NCBI GenBank assembly: GCA_035457345.1
Contig: DATIBT010000032.1
Location: 1-58,771, forward strand
Origin: Candidatus Saccharimonadales bacterium
Lineage (GTDB): Bacteria > Patescibacteriota > Saccharimonadia > Saccharimonadales > EFPC-124
Direction of reading: 5' to 3'
Length of the DNA: 58,771 nt
Both the position numbers and the translations under genes were made by a program. Numbering within the stretch: position 1 is the stretch's first letter; each line of letters starts with the position of its first letter. The notes below the pieces were generated by a model, which made no database searches, was not told where the DNA came from, and saw nothing but the letters and a program-made list of their open reading frames with translations. Below are positions 8,194 through 16,180 of this stretch, piece by piece.

Positions 8194-8689
8194 TCACTTT
8201 GTAGTGTAGCAATATTGTTTGGTCGCCAATGTCTTTGCAAGTGAGCAAAGTGAGGTTGCGGTGAATGGGCTGATTGAATAACGGCACGCCTGCACCAAAA
8301 ACGGTCGGATGGACGGTCAGGAATAATTCGTCAACTAAGTTTGCCTCGAGAAATTGACCGTACACTGTTGAACCGCCGCAGACGGCAAGCTGCTCCACGC
8401 CTTCGTCCCGCAAACGCGAGACAAGGGCTGCAGGAGATTCACTAGTGGGCTCAATGCCCTCAAGCGTAATCGATTGCGGCTGCGTTGTCAGTACAATAGT
8501 GCGCCTGCCGGGCAACGCCCGGTTGAATGTTTCGAACGTCGTACGGCCAAAGACCGTGACGCCCGCGTCTTTTGTAGTTTTAACAAAAAAGCGTTTATCG
8601 GCCTGGGTACTCCATTCGAGTGACGAATGAGTTTTGTCTGCGCCTATAAACCCATCAGCAGTTACGGCGGCGATAATAAATACTTTCAT
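8186..8689 (-). CDS. dihydrofolate reductase-like protein (RibD C-terminal domain family)
   Basis: 167 aa. 'MKVFIIAAVTADGFIG...FGRTTFETF...CGGSTVYGQFL' follows the RibD_C/DHFR-like pattern. It lies in the same neighbourhood as thyA. Confidence 0.7.
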   Translation of the reverse strand: MKVFIIAAVTADGFIGADKTHSSLEWSTQADKRFFVKTTKDAGVTVFGRTTFETFNRALPGRRTIVLTTQPQSITLEGIEPTSESPAALVSRLRDEGVEQLAVCGGSTVYGQFLEANLVDELFLTVHPTVFGAGVPLFNQPIHRNLTLLTCKDIGDQTILLHYKVIT

Positions 8690-8726
8690 CTGGAATCATT
8701 GTGGCATACACGATACGATTGTGGCA

Positions 8727-9662
8727 ATGGACAGGGAAGTCATCGCTACCATCGCTGCCGCCTACGGCCTACAGCCAGAGCGCATATTGCCTATGCAGAA
8801 AGGGTACCGCAACAAATCGTTTGCCATGCAACTGCCAAGCGGCAGCATGGTGAATCTTGTTATTTACAAGACTGAGCCGGGTATACTGGCCCGCATACAG
8901 CACGCCAACGCAGTCTCGAACGCCGTCGCCACACACAACCTGCCCGCTCGCCACACCGCCGACCCACGCATCCTGCAACTTAAGCCCGGGACGTACGCCA
9001 GCCTATACAATTACTTGCCCGGCCGCACCATTCCCTGGGAAGCCTACACCATGGACCACCTAAAACAGCTCGGAAAAACCATGGGTGATATGCATGCAGC
9101 ACTAACAGGTTTTGAGGGCAATCTGCCGAGCATAGCCCATGAATGCCTTGCGCTTAACACCCGTATGCAGCGCTACTTTGCCCAGCCGCAAGTGGCAAAA
9201 GCGCTCAAGCACAAACTTACCTTGCGCCTTAGGCTCTTCAACGCCGACAAGCTGCTCGCACAGTGCGCCGCTCTCCCACAACAACAAGCCCTGCACATGG
9301 ATTTTGTGCGCGGCAATCTGCTATTCAATGACGAACCGATAATAACCGGCATTCTTGACTTCGAAAAAACCGCCCGCGGCCATGTGCTATTCGACATTGC
9401 GCGCACCCTGGCGTTTCTACTTGTTGATTGCAAGTACAAATCTGAGCAACAAATTCGCAAATACTTTTTATTATCCGGCTACCAGAAACGCAGCCAAGCA
9501 AACCTGCCAAACGCGCCGGCGCTACTTGAACAGCTAGTCACGTTCTTCCTCATCCATGACTTCTACAAATTTCTGCGCCACAATCCATACGAATCTCTCC
9601 CACAAAACGAACACTTCACCCGCACCCGCAATTTACTGCAGGCCCAACACATTATAGAATAG
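8727..9662 (+). CDS. APH/choline-kinase-fold phosphotransferase
   Basis: Brenner-type catalytic motif 'LHMDFVRGNLLF' followed by 'GILDFE'. The ATG at 8727 avoids overlap with the divergent DHFR-like gene; the ORF-track start at 8634 is unlikely. Confidence 0.75.
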   Translation: MDREVIATIAAAYGLQPERILPMQKGYRNKSFAMQLPSGSMVNLVIYKTEPGILARIQHANAVSNAVATHNLPARHTADPRILQLKPGTYASLYNYLPGRTIPWEAYTMDHLKQLGKTMGDMHAALTGFEGNLPSIAHECLALNTRMQRYFAQPQVAKALKHKLTLRLRLFNADKLLAQCAALPQQQALHMDFVRGNLLFNDEPIITGILDFEKTARGHVLFDIARTLAFLLVDCKYKSEQQIRKYFLLSGYQKRSQANLPNAPALLEQLVTFFLIHDFYKFLRHNPYESLPQNEHFTRTRNLLQAQHIIE

Positions 9663-9686
9663 AGAAAACAACGGAGGGGATTACTT

Positions 9687-10250
9687 ATGGCAGCGCCAGC
9701 GGCTTGGAAAAAACGGCTTATTTCACAGAGTGATTTAATGACGCTGCACGAAAAACTAAAGGAATCGGGCAAAAAAATCGTCTTCACTGCTGGCAGCTGG
9801 GACTTACTGCACGTGGGCCAGTGCCGCTATATGGAAGAGGCTAAAAAAGAGGGTGACATTTTGGTAGTGGGCGTCAGTAGCAACGCCGCCATTCGTCAAG
9901 TAAAGGGGCCGAATAAACCAATCCTCGATGAAAAAATCCGCGCCGAAATGCTAACCTACCTGCGCTCCGTCGATTTTGTCACTATTTTGCCCGAACCTAG
10001 CTGCGTGCCATCGCTCGCGCTGCTTAAACCTGACATTTTTATCACCGTTCGTGAAGATTGGGCCGCTGACTACAAAAACTCCAAAGAATACCAAGTGGTC
10101 ACCAAATACGGAGGCCAAGTTAAGGTGGTTGATCGCCAATCAACAGCGCTCTCAACCACCAAGATTGTCCAGCGCGCCATAGGCGGTGAGCTTGGAAGCA
10201 TTTTTAAAGACTTTATGGAGCTGCGCAAAGATCCGCTGAAAGAACGATGA
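9687..10250 (+). CDS. cytidylyltransferase-fold nucleotidyltransferase (RfaE domain II / TagD-like)
   Basis: 'KIVFTAGSWDLLHVGQ...ILVVGVSSNAAIRQVKGPNKPI...RSVDFV' matches the RfaE-II pattern. The HxGH motif reads HVGQ. A GGAGG RBS is present. Confidence 0.75.
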   Translation: MAAPAAWKKRLISQSDLMTLHEKLKESGKKIVFTAGSWDLLHVGQCRYMEEAKKEGDILVVGVSSNAAIRQVKGPNKPILDEKIRAEMLTYLRSVDFVTILPEPSCVPSLALLKPDIFITVREDWAADYKNSKEYQVVTKYGGQVKVVDRQSTALSTTKIVQRAIGGELGSIFKDFMELRKDPLKER

Positions 10251-10783
10251 ACCTTACTCCCGAAGAACAGAAAAAACAAATCTATTACCGCGATGCTCGC
10301 ACCGGCGGCTATTACGATGGCATCTGGAAGACCGTTGGCAAATGCGTTTTTTGCGACCTGCGCGATAAATATATTGTGCACGAAGAAAACGGCATGGTCC
10401 TAGTGGTCGCATTGTTTGCTTACATAGATGGCGATATGATGATAATCCCACGCCGCCACCTTAAGTCCGCCAAAGAACTCACGCCAGAGGAATGGCAAAC
10501 CACCCGCAAACTCATGTATATCGCCAAAAAATTATTGCGCAAAGTATATGGGCTACAAGACGTACAGTATGTCTTGCGGGACGGTGGCATTTTGGTGGGG
10601 AGCACCGTACAAGATCACTTCCACATGCACTGCGTGCCGTCTGACGGGCCAGACCTTACCGTGTGGAATTACCGCAAACTAAAATATACGCCGTTCGAAA
10701 ATGCCGAATTACTGCGGGCGCAGCGCAAAATGATTAAGCGGCTATCTGGCAGGTTCGACGAAAAATATGCGGAGACACCATGA
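10247..10783 (+). CDS. HIT-family nucleotide hydrolase/transferase
   Basis: Histidine triad 'DHFHMHCVP' and an N-terminal 'CVFCD' zinc-ribbon-like motif. ATGA overlaps link it to both neighbours. Confidence 0.8.
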   Translation: MNLTPEEQKKQIYYRDARTGGYYDGIWKTVGKCVFCDLRDKYIVHEENGMVLVVALFAYIDGDMMIIPRRHLKSAKELTPEEWQTTRKLMYIAKKLLRKVYGLQDVQYVLRDGGILVGSTVQDHFHMHCVPSDGPDLTVWNYRKLKYTPFENAELLRAQRKMIKRLSGRFDEKYAETP

Positions 10784-11730
10784 ACTTTGACTGGAACGAT
10801 CTCGCCTTTAACAGTAAAAAGCCAATTAACGAGCTGAGGGCCATTTTTATACTTGCTCCGCGCGAGCTGTCTGTTAAGCGGTTTACGCAGCTCATTAAAA
10901 CCTACCTACCGCACGGGAACATTGTGGTGGGTATTGCCAAAGAAGCGTACGTGCAAGGGCTTGAAGGTCAGCCGCAATTTAGAACGCTGCCGCTGAGCAG
11001 TATCGAACCGATTATAAAAAAGGTAAATAGCGCCGGGCTCAAGCACACGGTTTCAACGCTTAGTTATTTTCAACGTGATGCTAAATACGTCATTGAAAAA
11101 TTGGATTTTAGCAAAGCGCTGCTTATTCGCGGGTCATGGAAATATTTGTTTCATTCGCAGCCGCTCTATTATTCGTTTGTTAAACGGAAGTTGGCGTACG
11201 AGACGCTTTCGCCTTTTACCGATGAACAAGAGGCACGTCAGTACGAGACATCTATCCATTTGCCAAACCTCCCGGCGAACGGCTTATTCACTGCAGAGGA
11301 AATGCTGAAACATGCAAGTCTTGCCGCCACGCATTCGTTCGACAATGGGTTTCAGACCGGGGTGACGCTCGGCCGCCAAAAGGGTAAAAAATATGAATTT
11401 ATAACCTGGGGATTTAACAGGGTTGTACCATTCCAAACTTACGCTTGGCATTACGGGGTGACGCGCGAGGACAACTTCTCTCCCATGCATGATCTCAATC
11501 AATACGACACCATTCATGCCGAAGTCGATTTTATGATTAAGGCACAGAAGCAACGCATTGACCTGACCGCCACGACATTGTTTATTAATTTACTGCCATG
11601 CCCAATGTGTACGCGTATGTTTATGGTCAGCGACATAGCCGAATTCGTTTACCGCGAAGACCACTCGGACGGCTACGGCGTAAAGATGTTAGAGAAGGCC
11701 GGCAAAAAAGTAACAAGAATTGTGAGGTAG
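10780..11730 (+). CDS. dCMP/cytidine deaminase domain fused to an unknown ~165-aa N-terminal domain
   Basis: C-terminal 'HAEVDFM...LPCPMCTRM' is the H(A)E...PCxxC zinc-deaminase signature. The first ~165 aa carry no recognisable motif. Confidence 0.8.
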   Translation: MNFDWNDLAFNSKKPINELRAIFILAPRELSVKRFTQLIKTYLPHGNIVVGIAKEAYVQGLEGQPQFRTLPLSSIEPIIKKVNSAGLKHTVSTLSYFQRDAKYVIEKLDFSKALLIRGSWKYLFHSQPLYYSFVKRKLAYETLSPFTDEQEARQYETSIHLPNLPANGLFTAEEMLKHASLAATHSFDNGFQTGVTLGRQKGKKYEFITWGFNRVVPFQTYAWHYGVTREDNFSPMHDLNQYDTIHAEVDFMIKAQKQRIDLTATTLFINLLPCPMCTRMFMVSDIAEFVYREDHSDGYGVKMLEKAGKKVTRIVR

Positions 11731-11731
11731 C

Positions 11732-12544
11732 ATGGCACATCCAGAATACCAATACCTAAAAATGATGGCCGACATCATAAAAGACGGCAAAAGCAAACAT
11801 ACCCGCGGCATCCATGATATCCGCTACCTGTTTGGATACCAGGTGCGGTTCGATATGCGCTACGGATTTCCGCTGCTCACGACCAAAAAGATGCCCTTCA
11901 AGATTTTGTTACACGAACTGCTGTGGTTTATATCTGGCAGCTCTGAGGTAAAGTATCTGCACGACCACAAAATCCATTATTGGGACGGCTTTTTACACGA
12001 AGGCGAGACCGACCTGGGCCGCGTGTACGGGGTGCAGTGGCGCCACTGGCGGCGGCCCGACGGCACCGAATTCGACCAACTACAATGGGCAATCGATGAA
12101 CTCGAAAATAACCCTGATTCTAAAGGCATCATTGTCAACGCCTGGAACGCCGGTGAATTAGGCGAGATGCGCCTGCCCCCGTGCCACACCATGTTTCAGT
12201 TTGACCTGACCAAAGGCAAATTGCGCCTACATCTTTATCAGCGAAGTTGGGACGTATTCTTAGGAGCGCCGTTCAATATTGCCCAGTACGCCATGCTACT
12301 GCATATGGTTGCACATGTGATTGGCGCCGAACCACGCGAACTAATCATTTCCGCGGGCAATGCTCACCTGTATAAAAACCATATAGAGGCAGCCAAGGAG
12401 CAGATCAAACGCAAGCCATACCCATTCCCCAAGCTAACCATGGTGGGCGACATAAAGAACATTGACGATTTTACCGAAGAAAACTTTGTGCTCGAAGGCT
12501 ACGAGGCACACCCTCACCTCAAGACAGATCTTGTAATTCTTTAG
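11732..12544 (+). CDS. thyA: thymidylate synthase ThyA
   Basis: 'YGVQWRHWR', catalytic 'LPPCHTMFQF', 'DVFLGAPFNIAQYAML' (Asn retained), and a C-terminal hydrophobic end 'LVIL'. Confidence 0.95.
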   Translation: MAHPEYQYLKMMADIIKDGKSKHTRGIHDIRYLFGYQVRFDMRYGFPLLTTKKMPFKILLHELLWFISGSSEVKYLHDHKIHYWDGFLHEGETDLGRVYGVQWRHWRRPDGTEFDQLQWAIDELENNPDSKGIIVNAWNAGELGEMRLPPCHTMFQFDLTKGKLRLHLYQRSWDVFLGAPFNIAQYAMLLHMVAHVIGAEPRELIISAGNAHLYKNHIEAAKEQIKRKPYPFPKLTMVGDIKNIDDFTEENFVLEGYEAHPHLKTDLVIL

Positions 12545-12558
12545 TAAAAGGTTATAAT
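12531..12558 (+). promoter_or_regulatory. sigma70-type promoter in front of GC-rich island A
   Basis: TTGTAA-N16-TATAAT. The -35 lies inside the thyA 3' end. It is 41 nt upstream of the ATG. Confidence 0.5.
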
Positions 12559-12598
12559 ACCGTTAAGTAGAAGCTCCAGCAAACGGAGGCGATGTGTT

Positions 12599-13285
12599 AT
12601 GCGACGCTCGCGCGTCCTCGCCGTACTGACGGCCGTAGTCCTTACGGTCAGCATGGCGGCCTGTGGTGAAAGCAGCGGCAACAAAGGAAGCGCAGTCAGT
12701 GTTCCGGTGGCGAAAGTCAATGCCCCGGCCGGCGAGATGCCCCAGACGCTGCCCGTCAGTTTCCTTTGGCCGCAAAACGCCGGCCAGATGCCAGAGAACC
12801 TCAAGGTGAACTTCGGCATCATGGCCAAGTTCACCAAGGGGAACCTAACGCACCCGATGCCGAAGCTCGTCAGAGTAGACGACGCCGTCACCTGCTTGAC
12901 CAACTTCGGCAGTACGTCGCTCCAAGTGGGCGACAAGGCGACGGCCAACGAAGGTTTCAACGCTTTTCATGCGTGCCGGCTCAACGGCGAGCTGGTCATC
13001 GCCTACGGTCCCAAGAAGATGTTCCAGGACCACAAGGACTCGATCGCGACCGACGAGACCGGCGACTTCTGGTACGGCAGCCTGGCCAGCCTCTACCGCA
13101 ACTACCTGGTCGAACTCCACAACCGCAAGTCGCCCACCGACTACACCTGCCTCTACGGACTGGTGCTGGGCGGACTGCGCGACGCCAAGTACGTGCCAGA
13201 GTCGGTGGCAACTATCGAGGAAACACTGGCAACAGCGGCACAGAAGACGGCTTTCAACAAAGGCCGCGACGAAGGTAGTTGCTGA
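12599..13285 (+). CDS. lipoprotein of unknown function, foreign (high-GC3) composition
   Basis: Signal peptide plus lipobox 'LTVSMAAC|G'. GGAGG lies 9 nt upstream. Codons are strongly G/C-ending (11 AAG vs 3 AAA by hand count). Long overlapping shadow ORFs occur in the other frames. Confidence 0.7.
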   Translation: MRRSRVLAVLTAVVLTVSMAACGESSGNKGSAVSVPVAKVNAPAGEMPQTLPVSFLWPQNAGQMPENLKVNFGIMAKFTKGNLTHPMPKLVRVDDAVTCLTNFGSTSLQVGDKATANEGFNAFHACRLNGELVIAYGPKKMFQDHKDSIATDETGDFWYGSLASLYRNYLVELHNRKSPTDYTCLYGLVLGGLRDAKYVPESVATIEETLATAAQKTAFNKGRDEGSC

Positions 13286-13290
13286 TGTGC

Positions 13291-13318
13291 GCGGGCGGGC
13301 CGCCAAGGCCCGCCCCGC
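13291..13318 (+). terminator. GC-rich stem-loop without U-tract after island A gene
   Basis: GCGGGCGGGCC-GCCAA-GGCCCGCCCCGC starts 6 nt after the stop codon. Confidence 0.5.
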
Positions 13319-13365
13319 ACGCACAACTAGACGAATTACCGGTAGTGTCATACCATAGACAAATC

Positions 13366-13992
13366 ATGAAAAATCAGAAAGATTTCTGGAAGGTTAACCA
13401 CACCAAACTTCTGGGTGGCTATTCCGACCACCACACGACGTATGCCGAGGAGGTCGTAAGGACATTCCCGTCACACGCCCGTGTGCTGGATCTTGGCACG
13501 GGCGAAGGAAACGATGCCTTTTACTTTGCCGAAAATGGCCACACCGTGGTTGCAACAGACTTCTTACCCGAATTGCTCACTATAGGCAAATCACGCTACA
13601 GCCACAAAAATCTCACATTTCTTGAACAGGACATAAGTCAACCGCTCAAATTCGCCACTAACGAATTTGATGTTGTGTATGCGCGCCTATCGCTGCACTA
13701 CTTTACCAATGCAACTACACGCGGCATTTTCACAGAAATCGCCCGCGTCTTAAAGCCCGGCGGCAAGTTCTGCTTTATGTGCAAATCACCCGACGACCGC
13801 CGCTATGGGCAGGGTGTCCAAATTGAACCAGACATGTTCGACTACAACGGCCACATTAGACACTTCTTCAGTGAAGACTATGCGCGCAGCTTACTCGCAA
13901 AGGACTTCACTACCGAGCTGCTGCAAGCAGGCAAAGAGCAACTTTACGCCGAAGTTTCAGCATTTACCAAAGTTATTGCGACAAAGAAGTAA
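13366..13992 (+). CDS. class I SAM-dependent methyltransferase
   Basis: Motif I 'VLDLGTGEGNDAFYF', motif II 'FDVVYA', and post-II 'LKPGG'. The start is placed at ATG 13366 because the ORF-track start at 13279 would read through the GC-rich hairpin of the upstream island. Confidence 0.85.
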   Translation: MKNQKDFWKVNHTKLLGGYSDHHTTYAEEVVRTFPSHARVLDLGTGEGNDAFYFAENGHTVVATDFLPELLTIGKSRYSHKNLTFLEQDISQPLKFATNEFDVVYARLSLHYFTNATTRGIFTEIARVLKPGGKFCFMCKSPDDRRYGQGVQIEPDMFDYNGHIRHFFSEDYARSLLAKDFTTELLQAGKEQLYAEVSAFTKVIATKK

Positions 13993-15118
13993 GCCCGACA
14001 TACAAGGCGGCATGTTCCTGGCACATACGATTAAGAGTAAAACGCCGTTCAAATGCCTTCCGGCACGCCGTGCGGTCAATAGCGTCGATTCTGCGAATCG
14101 CCTCGGCAATACCGGCTTCATCGTCGACGACAAATCCAGTCACCCCATCCTCAATAAGCTCTGGGATAGCGCCAGAGCGCATACCAATAACCGGCGTGCC
14201 ACAGGCAAGTGCTTCTATAACGACCATGCCGAACGGCTCATCGAACGTCGAGGGAACAATGAGCGCTCTGGCGTTTGCCAAAAACGCCTGGCGCTCTGAT
14301 TGCTCGCGTAAAAAGCCGACATATTCGGCACCGCGGCCAAGCGCAGGCGAAATACTCTCCTGCCAATACGAATCTTTGGCGCCAGAATAATGCTTGCCAG
14401 CAATTTTGAGCGGCACACCGGCTTGCTTTGCCGCTGCAATTGCTAAATGCGCGCCTTTCGGCGCAATGAGTCGGCCCATAAAAGCTACGTAATCAGCGGT
14501 GAGCCTGGGCTCGAAGGCAAACGCTTCCTTTTTGAGGCCGTGGTAAATATTCGCCACCCAGTTTGTTCCTTTTGGCATAGCGCTGCGCTGCGCCAGCGAC
14601 ATAGAAACCCAGTTGAGCTGCTGGTATTTAGGAAAAACGTTTTTGTACTTCACCAAAAAATTAAACGGATCATGATGCGTAAATATAACCGGCTTTTGGC
14701 AAAGCTGCGCAAAGGGGAGGGCGGTGTCTTCTTCGTTCGTATATATATGAACAATGTCGAACTCGCCAGCGTTGGCGGCTGTGTATGCTTTGGCAATTAT
14801 TTCTGCCTGCACCTGGCGGGCAAGGGTAATAAAGGTAAAGGGATGCTTTTTTAGGAGATCTAGATAAGAGTCACCGCGGCCCGCAAGCTCACGCTCAAAA
14901 TAAGACAAATCAGCGCCAACCGTTTTAACGGTTGTAGCAACCGGGCCGGGGGAGAAAAGCGTTACCTGCGCGCCAAGCACCTGCAGCCCCTCCGCCAGGT
15001 CAACCGCTAACCGCCCCGGCGAAAAAATAACGTGCGGCAAAATCTCTTTATGCAAAAAGATATGCGGGACTACTAGCGCAATGCGCAGTGGTTTATTTGC
15101 TGTCGGCTGGTTTGTCAT
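13973..15118 (-). CDS. glycosyltransferase family 4
   Basis: 381 aa. GT-B/GT4 E-x7-E region 'PSTFDEPFGMVVIEALACGTPVIGMRSGAIPELIEDGVTGF'. Confidence 0.9.
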   Translation of the reverse strand: MTNQPTANKPLRIALVVPHIFLHKEILPHVIFSPGRLAVDLAEGLQVLGAQVTLFSPGPVATTVKTVGADLSYFERELAGRGDSYLDLLKKHPFTFITLARQVQAEIIAKAYTAANAGEFDIVHIYTNEEDTALPFAQLCQKPVIFTHHDPFNFLVKYKNVFPKYQQLNWVSMSLAQRSAMPKGTNWVANIYHGLKKEAFAFEPRLTADYVAFMGRLIAPKGAHLAIAAAKQAGVPLKIAGKHYSGAKDSYWQESISPALGRGAEYVGFLREQSERQAFLANARALIVPSTFDEPFGMVVIEALACGTPVIGMRSGAIPELIEDGVTGFVVDDEAGIAEAIRRIDAIDRTACRKAFERRFTLNRMCQEHAALYVGLTSLSQ

Positions 15119-15221
15119 CGTCTTGATCCAAGAAGCTTAGATCAAGTTCTTCAGAACTAACATCGTCGTCGCCGTAGTAAGCGTCTGCTTCTGGTACTGG
15201 TGGTTGATCTGGTTGCGACAT
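15093..15221 (-). CDS. candidate 42-aa acidic micro-ORF overlapping the GT4 start
   Basis: Hand translation gives MSQPDQPPVPEADAYYGDDDVSSEELDLSFLDQDDDKPADSK. 'AGAGGGA' lies about 7 nt upstream. It is below the ORF-track length cut-off and its stop lies 23 nt inside the GT4 gene. Confidence 0.2.
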   Translation of the reverse strand: MSQPDQPPVPEADAYYGDDDVSSEELDLSFLDQDDDKPADSK

Positions 15222-15277
15222 AGAAATCCCTCTTATTCACTATTATTATGCGCACCCAAACATGGGATTGCAAATAG

Positions 15278-15306
15278 TTGACTATAATAAATATAAATGT
15301 TATAAT
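15278..15306 (+). promoter_or_regulatory. consensus-like sigma70 promoter in front of GC-rich island B
   Basis: TTGACT-N17-TATAAT sits in an AT-rich patch 55 nt upstream of the ATG at 15362. Confidence 0.6.
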
Positions 15307-15340
15307 AATACCAATCAGTCGTCCGGCTGGTTTGCACTAC

Positions 15341-15788
15341 GACAAGCAGATGTGAGGTATCATGGACAGCCACCAGACGTTCTATGGCCGCTCCCTACAC
15401 ACAGCGATTGTGGCGCACACCGTCGCCACCGGTATCGTTGGCCTCGTGCAAACTGCACGCGAGACGGACCAGGAGTATCGAGACTTCCGCGCACGAATCG
15501 CCCTCGAATCAGGTTGCGAGATCGAACTGATCGTGTCTATCGCACGGCGCGATGCCAGAGTCAGTGTCGAGGCGTGCGCGTCCGAAAACGACAGGCCGCT
15601 GGACACGGACATCCTGAACAAGGTTCTCGAGCTGCTGCCCAAGTACTACCCTGGCGGCACCGCGGTCTGTGACAACGGCTTCGACATCAGCCTCAAGTTC
15701 ACCGGGCGTTAGCCGCAGCCACACCCCCAGGTTCCACCTGCAAGAAGGTGTGGCGGCGATCAGGATCCAATCCTGTCATCTGCTTGTC
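15341..15788. repeat. 12-bp perfect inverted repeat bracketing the island B gene
   Basis: GACAAGCAGATG at 15341..15352 and its reverse complement CATCTGCTTGTC at 15777..15788. Confidence 0.6.
15362..15712 (+). CDS. hypothetical protein, foreign (high-GC3) composition
   Basis: 116-aa ORF lying 55 nt downstream of a TTGACT-N17-TATAAT promoter. 'GTGAGGT' precedes the ATG. G/C-ending codons, with shadow ORFs on other frames. Confidence 0.55.
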   Translation: MDSHQTFYGRSLHTAIVAHTVATGIVGLVQTARETDQEYRDFRARIALESGCEIELIVSIARRDARVSVEACASENDRPLDTDILNKVLELLPKYYPGGTAVCDNGFDISLKFTGR

Positions 15789-15806
15789 ACATCTTCGTAT
15801 TATCAT

Positions 15807-15840
15807 GCAAAACCCCGCTCACATTTGAGCGGGGTTTTGC
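15807..15840. terminator. bidirectional rho-independent terminator between islands B and C
   Basis: Perfect 14-bp stem GCAAAACCCCGCTC/GAGCGGGGTTTTGC with loop ACATTT and AT-rich flanks on both sides. Confidence 0.75.
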
Positions 15841-15867
15841 ATTTATAAATTCAAGTTTTTAGAGTCC

Positions 15868-15914
15868 CTACCGGGCGGACGAGGCCATCCGTGGCCTACA
15901 AGCCCGCCCGGTAG
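15868..15914 (-). terminator. GC-rich nested hairpin after island C gene
   Basis: Outer arms CTACCGGGCGG/CCGCCCGGTAG enclose an inner AGGCCA-TCCG-TGGCCT hairpin. It lies 9 nt past the stop on the minus strand and has no U-tract. Confidence 0.5.
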
Positions 15915-15922
15915 ATGGGCGA

Positions 15923-16180
15923 TTACGCAGGAAGAGCGGCGCGCTGTTGCGTTGCCACCCAAGCTCGGAGACTGGGCTTGTGGTACAGCTCCGAGATCCG
16001 ACGGAAGAGTGAGCGGATCACGCTCAGCTCCCGTTGCGTCACCACGATCATTGCCTCACGCAGATACGCCCTCGCTCCACAAAGGAGCAGGTCAATCCGC
16101 GAAAGCTCATCGTCGCCGAGCGACGCCGCTTCATCGACAGCGCTACGCGCCTCGCCAATGAGGTCCTCTGCAGTCATCAC
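15923..16180 (-). CDS. small helical hypothetical protein, foreign (high-GC3) composition
   Basis: 85-aa ORF. GGAGG lies 5 nt before the GTG and 8 nt before the ATG. A GC-rich nested hairpin sits 9 nt after the stop. Shadow ORFs on the + strand. Confidence 0.5.
   Translation of the reverse strand: MMTAEDLIGEARSAVDEAASLGDDELSRIDLLLCGARAYLREAMIVVTQRELSVIRSLFRRISELYHKPSLRAWVATQQRAALPA

Noticed and set aside
11732-12544. The idea that the ThyA homologue, dNMP kinase-like and deaminase genes form a phage-like DNA hypermodification (hydroxymethylase) module.
   Set aside because: The ThyA sequence keeps the canonical dUMP-specific Asn (PFNIAQY), the catalytic PPCH and the normal C-terminus. No phage genes are nearby. 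The simplest reading is an ordinary dTMP cycle.
12541-13358. Multiple long ORFs in other frames of the GC-rich islands, for example 12766..13278, 12845..13351, 12969..13358, 26420..27178 and 23240..23674.
   Set aside because: These are expected stop-poor frames in high-GC DNA. The chosen frames are the ones with an RBS, a signal peptide or lipobox where present, and G/C concentrated at the third codon position.
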